Below are positions 14,901 to 22,741 of a stretch of DNA of 22,741 bases, one piece after another. The DNA is from a virus (Duplodnaviria > Heunggongvirae > Uroviricota > Caudoviricetes): positions 1 to 22,741 of IMG/VR virus record IMGVR_UViG_3300020042_009419; one strand, given 5' to 3'. The notes under the pieces were generated by a model that saw only the letters and a list, made by a program, of their open reading frames with translations, did no database searches and had not been told where the DNA came from. The number at the start of each line of letters is the position of its first letter. Position 1 is the stretch's first letter. The position numbers and the translations under genes were made by a program.

Positions 14901-15449
14901 ATGACATCTTTCATTCCCAATCGACCAGTAATAATAGAATCACCTAGAGGACTATATCATTGGGCTCGTATTTTTAATCGATTACAAAGAAACTTTTTTG
15001 TGGAATCAGTGCAACTCAGAAGAGAAAAACAGATTGAAGATTTTATAAAGCTCAATGGTTACAAAAGAGTAAAATTTAAAACGGACACCGATGTATTCAC
15101 TGAAATTGTTGATGTAATACAATGCGGCAAGAGTTCAGAAGCAGAACTAGTTGTCATAACTGATCAAAAATTCAGCAGACACCCGTGTACGGTATTGATC
15201 GAACAAATAAAAAATCAATTAGAACGTTGTTCTCAATTGTATCTATGTCTTAACAGACACTATGTCAACATTGACAACAGTTATTGTGATGCTGCCCTTG
15301 ATCAGAATTTCAATTTAGCTATTTCGCAATGGCTTAAAAAACAATTGCCTGGTTATGATATTGTGGATCTGAGTCTAGACTACCTGGACTGTGGAACAGC
15401 GTTTACCTGGGCAATACCAGACAGGCATTTTTTTATTAGAAAATTATGA
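14901..15449 (+). CDS. Hypothetical protein (182 aa)
   Basis: Start moved to ATG 14901 to fit the promoter; AT-rich; 4-nt overlap with the next gene. Confidence 0.75.
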   Translation: MTSFIPNRPVIIESPRGLYHWARIFNRLQRNFFVESVQLRREKQIEDFIKLNGYKRVKFKTDTDVFTEIVDVIQCGKSSEAELVVITDQKFSRHPCTVLIEQIKNQLERCSQLYLCLNRHYVNIDNSYCDAALDQNFNLAISQWLKKQLPGYDIVDLSLDYLDCGTAFTWAIPDRHFFIRKL

Positions 15450-16141
15450 GCAAAATTATTGAATTTTTTGACCAGGCTGTTGAAAAAAGCAACTGGAAAA
15501 CACAATATATTCGATATAGATTAGGCCGACTCAAACATCAGTATTGGCTGTGGAATAGAAAAAATCTAACTCGTGCAATCATTGATGAGTATGATTATGC
15601 AATAATGAAAAATTGTCAACCAGGGCGTACTGCATTTTTTGGTAGTGCAGGATATTACATACGAGATATATTTCCTGATGTACACGTGATTGAGATGCAC
15701 CCGGTGGTCAAAACCTTTTACCCTGACGCTTATATTTGTACTGATAGATCGATGCTGCCAACGGTAGTGCCATTTCTAGTAGACAATTTTGTTGTGGTAA
15801 ACAATCGTGCAGACCATTGGGTAACTGTACACGGGTTAACAGAACACCTACGCAACTACTCATCAGTGATGAATCCAGGTTGCAGAGTTTTCTACAGTTT
15901 TAGAGACACACAAATACATGTTAATCGACTGACTACTGACTTAGAATCTCACTTTTTGGATTGGGCAAAATCCTTGAAACATATTCTTGGGCTAGAGTTG
16001 GTATGGCACAGTGTTGATTTTACCAAAAAACTTCCTGATTCCAATGGATACTATGATCAACTTGAAAACCCAGATACCACTAACGGCAACTTGAAATTTT
16101 GGTTTGTATATAAAGGAACACCATGGACACCAACTCTTTGA
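15446..16141 (+). CDS. Hypothetical protein (231 aa)
   Basis: Long coupled ORF, AT-rich; no motif that can be confidently named. Confidence 0.8.
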   Translation: MSKIIEFFDQAVEKSNWKTQYIRYRLGRLKHQYWLWNRKNLTRAIIDEYDYAIMKNCQPGRTAFFGSAGYYIRDIFPDVHVIEMHPVVKTFYPDAYICTDRSMLPTVVPFLVDNFVVVNNRADHWVTVHGLTEHLRNYSSVMNPGCRVFYSFRDTQIHVNRLTTDLESHFLDWAKSLKHILGLELVWHSVDFTKKLPDSNGYYDQLENPDTTNGNLKFWFVYKGTPWTPTL

Positions 16142-16686
16142 AAATTGTGTGTTATACTGGCGGCACCTGCGGAGATTTGATATCAGCACTGATTGACCCA
16201 ACGGATTCAGAGTTTCAGAATAACACATTGATGCATTCAGTTGATCGACAACGTCTTAAAAAACCGCACATGTTTGTCAATAATGAAGACAAAGATCAGT
16301 ACATTGCAGACATATCGGATTGTTATCTCAGTATACCAAGTCATGATCTTGATTATCATGTACTACGCGGCCACAAATTTATATCAATTACAGTGCAAGA
16401 TTTTACAGTTGCCATGTGGGCTGCACAAAGATTTAAACAACTACACAGATCACATGTGTGGCAAGAAATGCAAGCAAAGTGCGGTGCCAGCACAGTTGAA
16501 GACTATGCACAAATGTTGATAGACTACTCTAATATGGTTGCAAAACACACCAACAATGTTGTACAATTAGAAGACATACTCAAAGGTCAAGCAATCAACT
16601 CTTTGGAAAATTTAGGTATTAGCATACCAAACAAAAATCTGTATCAGTCCTGGTTAGATTTGCAAAATACCCAAAACATATCATGA
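16123..16686 (+). CDS. Hypothetical protein (187 aa), possibly sulfotransferase/P-loop-like fold
   Basis: AAAGGA SD; N-terminal strand plus Gly loop IVCYTGGTCGDLI; the fold guess is weak. Confidence 0.7.
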   Translation: MDTNSLKIVCYTGGTCGDLISALIDPTDSEFQNNTLMHSVDRQRLKKPHMFVNNEDKDQYIADISDCYLSIPSHDLDYHVLRGHKFISITVQDFTVAMWAAQRFKQLHRSHVWQEMQAKCGASTVEDYAQMLIDYSNMVAKHTNNVVQLEDILKGQAINSLENLGISIPNKNLYQSWLDLQNTQNIS

Positions 16687-18152
16687 AACAATGCACCATA
16701 GTAATTCGAGATGAAGTCAACATCAAGATAGAAGGACTTGATCTGGATTGCCGCAAGGCTCTGGTTAATGCTTTCAAGTATGAGAATCCAGCGGCACGTT
16801 ATCTGCCCGCGGTTCGACTGGGAAGGTGGGACGGCAAGATTGCCTACTTTCAACTAGGTGGCAGCACCTATGTAAATCTCTTGCCCGAGATCATGCCCAT
16901 ACTTGACAAGTTTGATTATAGTCCGGTGCTGGATGATCAACGTGAGTACACTACGGTGTTTGACTTTGCAGCAGTGTCTGAAAATCATTACAGTCATGTG
17001 CTATGGCCTAAAACCCATCCAGCAGCAGGCGAGCCCATGGTGCTGCGTGACTATCAGGTGGAGATCATCAACAAGTTCCTGACCAATCCGCAGTGCATAC
17101 AAGAAGTGGCCACAGGTGCAGGCAAGACCATTATCACAGCAGCCTTGAGTGATGCAGTCAGTGCCTATGGTCGTTCAATTGTGATTGTGCCCAACAAGAG
17201 TCTGGTAACGCAGACCGAGCAAGACTACATCAACATGGGTCTGGATGTGGGTGTGTATTTTGGCGACAGAAAAGAATACAATCGTCAGCATACCATATGC
17301 ACCTGGCAGAGTCTCAACAACATGATGAAGCTGACCAAGACTGGCGAAGCAGAAATAACCATTCATGAGTTTATACAAGATGTGGTGTGTGTGATTGTGG
17401 ACGAAGTTCATATGGCCAAGGCTGATGCACTCAAGACCCTGCTGACCGGAGCCATGAGTCAGATTCCCTTAAGATGGGGGCTGACCGGGACAGTGCCAAA
17501 AGAACTGTTTGAAAGCCAGGCCCTGTTGGTCAGCCTAGGTCCAGTGGTCAGTCGACTCAGTGCCAGTACCTTGCAAGACGCAGGTGTGCTAGCACAGTGC
17601 CATGTGAACATTGTGCAACTGGTGGATCATGTGGAATACGCTGACTATCAAAGCGAGCTCAAATATCTGCTGGAGGAGTCTGGACGCTTGGACACCATGG
17701 CTGAACTGATACGCAAGGTAAACGAAACAGGCAATACTCTGGTGTTGGTAGACAGGACTGAATGTGGACGACAACTGGTAGAACGCCTAGGTAACAAAGC
17801 AGTGTTTGTGTCAGGCGCTACCAAGTCAAAAACCCGCCAGGACGAATACAACCTGGTGGCCGATGCCACAGACAAGATCATTGTGGCCACCTATGGTGTG
17901 GCTGCTGTGGGTATCAACATACCACGCATCTTTAATCTTGTGCTGGTGGAACCGGGCAAGAGCTTTGTGCGTGTGATACAGAGTATTGGACGTGGTATTA
18001 GAAAAGCCGAAGACAAGGATCATGTGGAAATCTGGGATATCACCAGCACATGCAAGTTTGCCAAGCGTCACCTGACCAAGCGCAAGGCCTTTTATAAGGA
18101 AGCCAACTATCCATTCTCAGCAGAGAAACTAGAGTGGATGAAGATCAAATAA
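16683..18152 (+). CDS. uvsW: SF2 DNA helicase, T4 UvsW type
   Basis: LRDYQ, ATGAGKT, DEVH, GLTGT, VATYGVAAVGINI, QSIGRGIR, IWDI. Confidence 0.9.
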   Translation: MKQCTIVIRDEVNIKIEGLDLDCRKALVNAFKYENPAARYLPAVRLGRWDGKIAYFQLGGSTYVNLLPEIMPILDKFDYSPVLDDQREYTTVFDFAAVSENHYSHVLWPKTHPAAGEPMVLRDYQVEIINKFLTNPQCIQEVATGAGKTIITAALSDAVSAYGRSIVIVPNKSLVTQTEQDYINMGLDVGVYFGDRKEYNRQHTICTWQSLNNMMKLTKTGEAEITIHEFIQDVVCVIVDEVHMAKADALKTLLTGAMSQIPLRWGLTGTVPKELFESQALLVSLGPVVSRLSASTLQDAGVLAQCHVNIVQLVDHVEYADYQSELKYLLEESGRLDTMAELIRKVNETGNTLVLVDRTECGRQLVERLGNKAVFVSGATKSKTRQDEYNLVADATDKIIVATYGVAAVGINIPRIFNLVLVEPGKSFVRVIQSIGRGIRKAEDKDHVEIWDITSTCKFAKRHLTKRKAFYKEANYPFSAEKLEWMKIK

Positions 18153-19054
18153 TGGGCACAGATTTTCTAGTAGACGATGGAGTGTTTATGCCCATGCTAA
18201 ACGATACCGGACGAAATCAATTTTATAAACAAGCATTAGATCGCGCCGCAGCAGGTCAAGTGGTTTGTGACATTGGTGCTGGCACTGGGTTTTTGAGTGT
18301 GCTGGCGTTACAAGCAGGTGCGTCACATGTGATTGCTGTAGAGCGGGATCCGGGTAGATTTGCATACTTGAATCAGACTATAAAAAATCTAGAACTTGAA
18401 GATAAAATAGAAACCCACTGTGTTGATTTCTTAGACAGTGATATCCAAGCTGATGTTTATGTCAGTGAAACAATCAACACACAGATATTTGGCGAGGATA
18501 TGGCTCGACTCAGTAATCATGTTGCACATCGTGGCGGCCAATTTATACCCGCCGGGGTTAGAATCTGGGCTGAAGTCTACACTGATCATCCGGTGTTTGT
18601 GCTGGACCTAACGCACAATGAATCTTACGAGTTTGACCCAGGAATTGGTATAGATTCAGAATTTGTCAACAGCGTCAACTTGGACTTTCAACAGCAATAC
18701 AATTTACAACAAACTGTGTTCAAGGCCAATCAGTTCACCCGACTGTTTACCATGCTTGATCGTTTTACAGATCTAAGGCTGAACAAGATTGGTGAAACTA
18801 CTCCAATCACTGTGAATTTTAATCATCACAACAACGAAAGCAACATTGAAATTGTGATACCCAACAGCCAGGTACCCATGGGAATGCCAATGGTAGTGTT
18901 GAAATGGGAAATGTTTTATCAAGATATTGTACTGCACAGCAACAAGTGCTGGTTTGGCAATGTCGCCAAAAATATACGTGATCAGTTTCGCACAGGCAAT
19001 GACATTGTGTTTCGTTATGATCCTGCAATACGCAACTGGAGATTGAGCTACTAG
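18152..19054 (+). CDS. PRMT-like (protein arginine methyltransferase-like) SAM methyltransferase
   Basis: Start at 18152 (TAATG coupling to uvsW); MLND.GRN.FY, VCDIGAGTGFLS, VIAVE, double-E loop VSETINTQIFGE, GGQFIP. Confidence 0.65.
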   Translation: MGTDFLVDDGVFMPMLNDTGRNQFYKQALDRAAAGQVVCDIGAGTGFLSVLALQAGASHVIAVERDPGRFAYLNQTIKNLELEDKIETHCVDFLDSDIQADVYVSETINTQIFGEDMARLSNHVAHRGGQFIPAGVRIWAEVYTDHPVFVLDLTHNESYEFDPGIGIDSEFVNSVNLDFQQQYNLQQTVFKANQFTRLFTMLDRFTDLRLNKIGETTPITVNFNHHNNESNIEIVIPNSQVPMGMPMVVLKWEMFYQDIVLHSNKCWFGNVAKNIRDQFRTGNDIVFRYDPAIRNWRLSY

Positions 19055-19056
19055 GC

Positions 19057-19085
19057 TTGACTTTTCTTCTAATATAAATTATAAT
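19057..19085 (+). promoter_or_regulatory. sigma70-type promoter, probably producing a leaderless mRNA
   Basis: TTGACT-17 bp-TATAAT; ATG 6 nt downstream with no SD; a late-like TATAAAT is nested at 19073-19079. Confidence 0.75.
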
Positions 19086-19091
19086 ACTACT

Positions 19092-19592
19092 ATGCGAATA
19101 TTAACATTAGACAATACATTTTATGACTTGAATCATCTACCTGAAGAAGTGGATGACATGCGATTTGCTATCCTAGACAATAGTAATCCACAAGACCCGG
19201 ACTATCACTTTATTCCGCTGATATTCCTGGAAAGTTTCAACAGTCCTGCACTAGTCTTGCGCATTGGCAACACCACAATCAAGATGCCCATGGACTGGCA
19301 AATACTCATAGGTGAACCAGATGTGGGCGACCTAGAGGTGTTACCACTCACCAGCATCAATGATCGTGGCTTCAAGGTGTTTCAATTCAATCCACTAACC
19401 AGTTTCCGTCCCAGCTTTCCGGACATTGAAATACTGGATGTGTACCATGAAGTAACATGGTTTGCACCCAAACTCAAGAATGGGCAGATGCTGGCCGTGC
19501 CGCTAAACGATGATGCAGAACCTGACTGTGTGTATTTTGTAAAAGACGTCAGCCGCAACTGCGAAATAGTTGACTACAACAAGGCCTGGTAG
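19092..19592 (+). CDS. Hypothetical beta-rich protein (166 aa), possible degenerate Hint fold
   Basis: Clean ORF with its own promoter; pattern resembles Hint blocks but lacks the catalytic residues. The fold is inferred. Confidence 0.8.
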   Translation: MRILTLDNTFYDLNHLPEEVDDMRFAILDNSNPQDPDYHFIPLIFLESFNSPALVLRIGNTTIKMPMDWQILIGEPDVGDLEVLPLTSINDRGFKVFQFNPLTSFRPSFPDIEILDVYHEVTWFAPKLKNGQMLAVPLNDDAEPDCVYFVKDVSRNCEIVDYNKAW

Positions 19593-19594
19593 AT

Positions 19595-19735
19595 ATGGCT
19601 TACACAGAACCTGAAGTATTTCGAACAATCAATCGACTGGCTAGACTGTATCTGGAAAGTTACCCCGATGACCGCGAAGGCCTGGAGCGATTCCTGCGTT
19701 GGGCACATGTTCAGTACGGGTATCAGTATGGGTAG
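19595..19735 (+). CDS. Small protein, 46 aa (MAYTEPEVFRTINRLARLYLESYPDDREGLERFLRWAHVQYGYQYG)
   Basis: Not in the ORF track; starts 2 nt after the upstream stop and overlaps the next ATG by 8 nt. Confidence 0.7.
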   Translation: MAYTEPEVFRTINRLARLYLESYPDDREGLERFLRWAHVQYGYQYG

Positions 19736-19988
19736 CCTTGTGCCTGGCGTGCCCTTGATCTACGAGCGTGTGGAAGGTACTGTGTACTCCAGACGTGTGG
19801 GCGAACTTGCTCGCACAGTGGTGGGACACGACCATGATCCCAGAACCAGTGATGGTAGACCCCTGTATGACCATTTGATGGAAGATAAAATGTGGGGCGA
19901 GATTCGGCGAACGGCAAAAACCAATCCCACTTTACAAGACGCTCTAGAACGTGCTATAATGATTTATCAACTGAGCAAGACCACATGA
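19728..19988 (+). CDS. Hypothetical protein (86 aa)
   Basis: Start moved to ATG 19728 (MGSLVPG), coupled to the 46-aa ORF; 4-nt overlap with the radical SAM gene. Confidence 0.75.
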   Translation: MGSLVPGVPLIYERVEGTVYSRRVGELARTVVGHDHDPRTSDGRPLYDHLMEDKMWGEIRRTAKTNPTLQDALERAIMIYQLSKTT

Positions 19989-21061
19989 GTACTGTGCATT
20001 GTAAGGCGCCGTGGGTTAGTGTTAGTTACATGCCTGGCGGTAAGTTTGCTCCTTGTTGTCAATGGTCCGGAGATCTGTTCGACACACAAGAACACATGAT
20101 TGATCATGTAGGCGGTGCTTTTCTGCGTGGTGAGATCCCAAAAGAATGTTCAAGTTGCCCGCCAGGACCTGACCGAAGTTGGCGATCAACGTTTGAACCA
20201 TACCATACTGATTATCAAACCAGCAGTATACAATTCTTAGATTTTAGAAACAATAACTTGTGCAATCTAAAGTGTCGCAGTTGCGGCCCGTTGTTTAGTA
20301 CCAGCTGGAGTTCAGAAGCCGGGCGTGAGATTATCAATGACTATGATTCAACTACTCTGGACAACATTGATCTAAGTCAATGCAAAATGGTGTACTTTGC
20401 TGGCGGCGAGCCCTTGATGAATCCACAGCATTATGAAGTTCTAAAAAGATTGATTGCACAAAGGGCCAGACCTATTCTGATGTACAGCAGTAACTTTACA
20501 GTGACTGGATATAAAGATCAAAAAGTGGCAGATCTATGGCAACACTTTGATGACATTCGCTTGCATGCTAGTATTGATGCTGTGGGCAAATATGCAGAAA
20601 TTGTGCGCAGCGGTACGGACTGGTCCACTGTAGAAGACAATCTTGCATGGGCACAGAAATTGTCCAATGTTGAACTCAAAATTGCACCAGTAATCAGTGC
20701 TATCAATATTTGGTGGATCAAAGATCTGCTGGACTATTTTGATTGGGTAGAGCCTGCTAATTTTCAACCAGTATTGGCCAATGCTGACGGTATATGGGGA
20801 ATTGGGTGTATCCCTACCAAATATCGTGAACCATTGATTGCTGCACTTGACCAATCAAAGTTTCGAGATCATGTCAACATGCAACGAGCTATAAAGATTT
20901 TGTCTGACCCTCTATTGACCAATCACTGGTATCAATTTTTAACACAGCAACTGGTACTGGATAATTATCGTAAAGAGCATTGGTTTGATAATGTACCTAT
21001 CAAGCACAACATCTATGCTGAATCATTACAAATGGAATCTTGGGTGAAACAACATGAGTGA
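19985..21061 (+). CDS. Radical SAM protein with an N-terminal SPASM/twitch-like Cys cluster
   Basis: CNLKCRSC (CxxxCxxC), YFAGGEPL, SIDA; N-terminal CKAPW...APCC...CSSC; start moved to ATG 19985. Confidence 0.88.
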   Translation: MSTVHCKAPWVSVSYMPGGKFAPCCQWSGDLFDTQEHMIDHVGGAFLRGEIPKECSSCPPGPDRSWRSTFEPYHTDYQTSSIQFLDFRNNNLCNLKCRSCGPLFSTSWSSEAGREIINDYDSTTLDNIDLSQCKMVYFAGGEPLMNPQHYEVLKRLIAQRARPILMYSSNFTVTGYKDQKVADLWQHFDDIRLHASIDAVGKYAEIVRSGTDWSTVEDNLAWAQKLSNVELKIAPVISAINIWWIKDLLDYFDWVEPANFQPVLANADGIWGIGCIPTKYREPLIAALDQSKFRDHVNMQRAIKILSDPLLTNHWYQFLTQQLVLDNYRKEHWFDNVPIKHNIYAESLQMESWVKQHE

Positions 21062-21500
21062 TCGACTACACATTTCAAACGAGATGCGACAATTGGATGC
21101 CAAGAACAGAGGCTTCTATGACGAACTTGACTCGGATGAACGCAAGAAATTTTCCACGTTTTTAATGTTGCGCTGGGGATCAGCAGTGGACGGTGCTCAG
21201 GAACTGCAAGAATACTATGTGCAGAGCTGCAATCACTATCTCAACAAGCACTTTTTTGACATAGGCCGCCATCCCAAACTGCAATGGTTGTGTGCCACAG
21301 CAGTAAGTCCAGGCATGGGCACAATGCGGCATCCCTGGATTGCTCCCAAGAAAAAAGTTGCAGGACTCAGTGCCAAACGCAAGGCCTTGATGGAAATATA
21401 TCCCACCTACAAGGACGACGAGATTGATGTGATGGCCGAGTTGGTCACACAAAAAGAACTAGATGCATATCACAAATCCGCAGGTAATGTTAAAAAGTGA
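21054..21500 (+). CDS. Putative clamp-loader small subunit (T4 gp62-like)
   Basis: 148 aa, helical; KFSTFLMLRW, NHYLNKHF, HPKLQW and WI..KK patterns resemble gp62-type proteins; replication context. Confidence 0.55.
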   Translation: MSDRLHISNEMRQLDAKNRGFYDELDSDERKKFSTFLMLRWGSAVDGAQELQEYYVQSCNHYLNKHFFDIGRHPKLQWLCATAVSPGMGTMRHPWIAPKKKVAGLSAKRKALMEIYPTYKDDEIDVMAELVTQKELDAYHKSAGNVKK

Positions 21501-22225
21501 TCAAACTACTGGTAGTCAACGGTTGTAGTTATGCCCAAGTCTATGCTAACGGTAATGGTCATATTGACCTTGCTCGCAGACTTGGCATTGTTGGCCATCA
21601 CAATATTCCGCAGGCTGTGAGCCTGGGCATTGGTGGTAGTGCCAATAGTCGCATACTTAGAACCACACTCAAGCACAGCTATATCACTCAAGTGCCAACC
21701 TTGTATGTATTGGGCCTGACTTTTATATCCAGACTGGAACTGCCCATCTGCAATCCTGATAATGAATTTGAAGGTAGATGGGCAAACCCGCAAAATCAAG
21801 AGTTTCAATCCAGATGGCAGTATCAATGGTCTGCATGGGATAGTGAGCAGTTTGTAGAAACCAAACTCAAAAGCGAAGTGTATAGTCTTCTAGATCGCAC
21901 AGAAGATCTAATGTATCGTGTGGTCAGCACAATTTCAGATATTCAAAATCGTGGACATCGGGTGCTGGTGTTTCAGCAGGCTGATGATTCATATCATGAG
22001 TATTTGGATGACTCTAGACTACGGTTGTTTCAACGACCAGAAATCATTAACGGATTTGCCTGGCGCTCTGTGGCCTGGCAGCATGCTCAGGGAGTTGAGC
22101 CCACAATTTATGCTGCCGGATCTCCGTATGTGCCGCCAGATATAACCCATCCTAAACCAGGCCAGCATCAAAAGGTCAATGAGTATTTGACAAACTACAT
22201 ACAAGAGCATAAAATACTAGCATGA
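21497..22225 (+). CDS. SGNH/GDSL hydrolase-like protein
   Basis: N-terminal LVVNGCSY, GIGGSANSRI, C-terminal DITHP (DxxH). Confidence 0.55.
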   Translation: MIKLLVVNGCSYAQVYANGNGHIDLARRLGIVGHHNIPQAVSLGIGGSANSRILRTTLKHSYITQVPTLYVLGLTFISRLELPICNPDNEFEGRWANPQNQEFQSRWQYQWSAWDSEQFVETKLKSEVYSLLDRTEDLMYRVVSTISDIQNRGHRVLVFQQADDSYHEYLDDSRLRLFQRPEIINGFAWRSVAWQHAQGVEPTIYAAGSPYVPPDITHPKPGQHQKVNEYLTNYIQEHKILA

Positions 22226-22741
22226 CACATGTGTGCGAATACTGCAAAAAAGAGTTTGTGAGAGAAACCTCTATACAGGCGCACATGTGCGAGCCTAAAC
22301 GTCGGCGTCGCGAGCGTGACGAGCCCGGGCCAAGACTGGGGTTCCAGGCCTACATTCGCTTTTATGAAAGCATGTCAGGATCGGCCAGAAACAAAACACA
22401 CGACACCTTTTGTGAAAGCAGTTATTATCGTGCGTTTGTAAAGTTTGGGCACTACTGTGTGAACACTCGAGTGATCAACCCGGAAAGATTCATGGCCTGG
22501 TTGTTGAAGAATAATCGCAAGATTGATCACTGGTGCAGTGACAAAGTGTACACAGAGTATCTGGTGGATCATCTAAAGGTGGAAGCCGTGGATGATGCAC
22601 TCACACGTGCCATAGAGTTTGGCATAGACTGGTCAGAAAAAAACACCAGCCCTGCACATGATTGCATGAGATACGGCAATGCCAATGTGCTGTGTTACGC
22701 TGTGACCGCAGGTAGAATAAGTGCCTGGGTAATTTACAATT
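22222..22741 (+). CDS. Zinc-finger protein, truncated by the window end
   Basis: Open frame from ATG 22222 to the window end: MTHVCEYCKKEFVRETSIQAHMCEPKRRRRER... (CxxC-x12-HxC); absent from the ORF track because it has no stop in the window. Confidence 0.8.
   Translation, partial: MTHVCEYCKKEFVRETSIQAHMCEPKRRRRERDEPGPRLGFQAYIRFYESMSGSARNKTHDTFCESSYYRAFVKFGHYCVNTRVINPERFMAWLLKNNRKIDHWCSDKVYTEYLVDHLKVEAVDDALTRAIEFGIDWSEKNTSPAHDCMRYGNANVLCYAVTAGRISAWVIYN

Noticed and set aside
175-18152. Inteins or introns in uvsX, metK or uvsW
   Set aside because: Protein lengths and motif spacing are normal, with no insertions or frame breaks.
1-22741. Stop-codon reassignment
   Set aside because: TAA, TGA and TAG all end genes at coupled junctions, and conserved proteins are full length in the standard code.
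1-22741. tRNA or rRNA genes
   Set aside because: Intergenic gaps are short or occupied by promoters, and no cloverleaf or T-loop signature was seen.

Overview
The window is a segment of a large T4-like (myovirus-type) dsDNA phage genome in standard genetic code, with no tRNA, rRNA, CRISPR array or transposase. Left to right: (1) a uvsX / acidic small ORF / uvsY recombination block and metK (SAM synthetase); (2) a 9 kb glycan-type cluster (3077-12049) with a nucleotidyltransferase-cupin fusion, three DxD-type glycosyltransferases, four paralogous KpsS/capsule-synthesis-like proteins and four SAM methyltransferases, six of these genes forming an inverted, tightly coupled operon; two operon heads carry a TAAATA-N5-ATG late-promoter-like motif; (3) six near-identical sigma70 promoter repeats (12051-13734) driving small-ORF cassettes and ending in a P-loop AAA+-type ATPase; (4) an AT-rich three-gene block, uvsW, a PRMT-like methyltransferase, a possible catalytically dead Hint-fold protein, a radical SAM enzyme, a gp62-like clamp-loader subunit, an SGNH-like protein and a truncated zinc-finger protein. 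The most striking unexplained signal is in the ATPase 3' UTR: a hairpin just before the terminator displays GGUUGGCUCCU, complementary to the 11 nt immediately before the start codon of the ATPase itself (perfect) and of three other cassette genes (with G-U pairs or one mismatch). This suggests an anti-RBS small RNA or fold-back switch. All functional calls come from motif recognition by eye; no database search was run.
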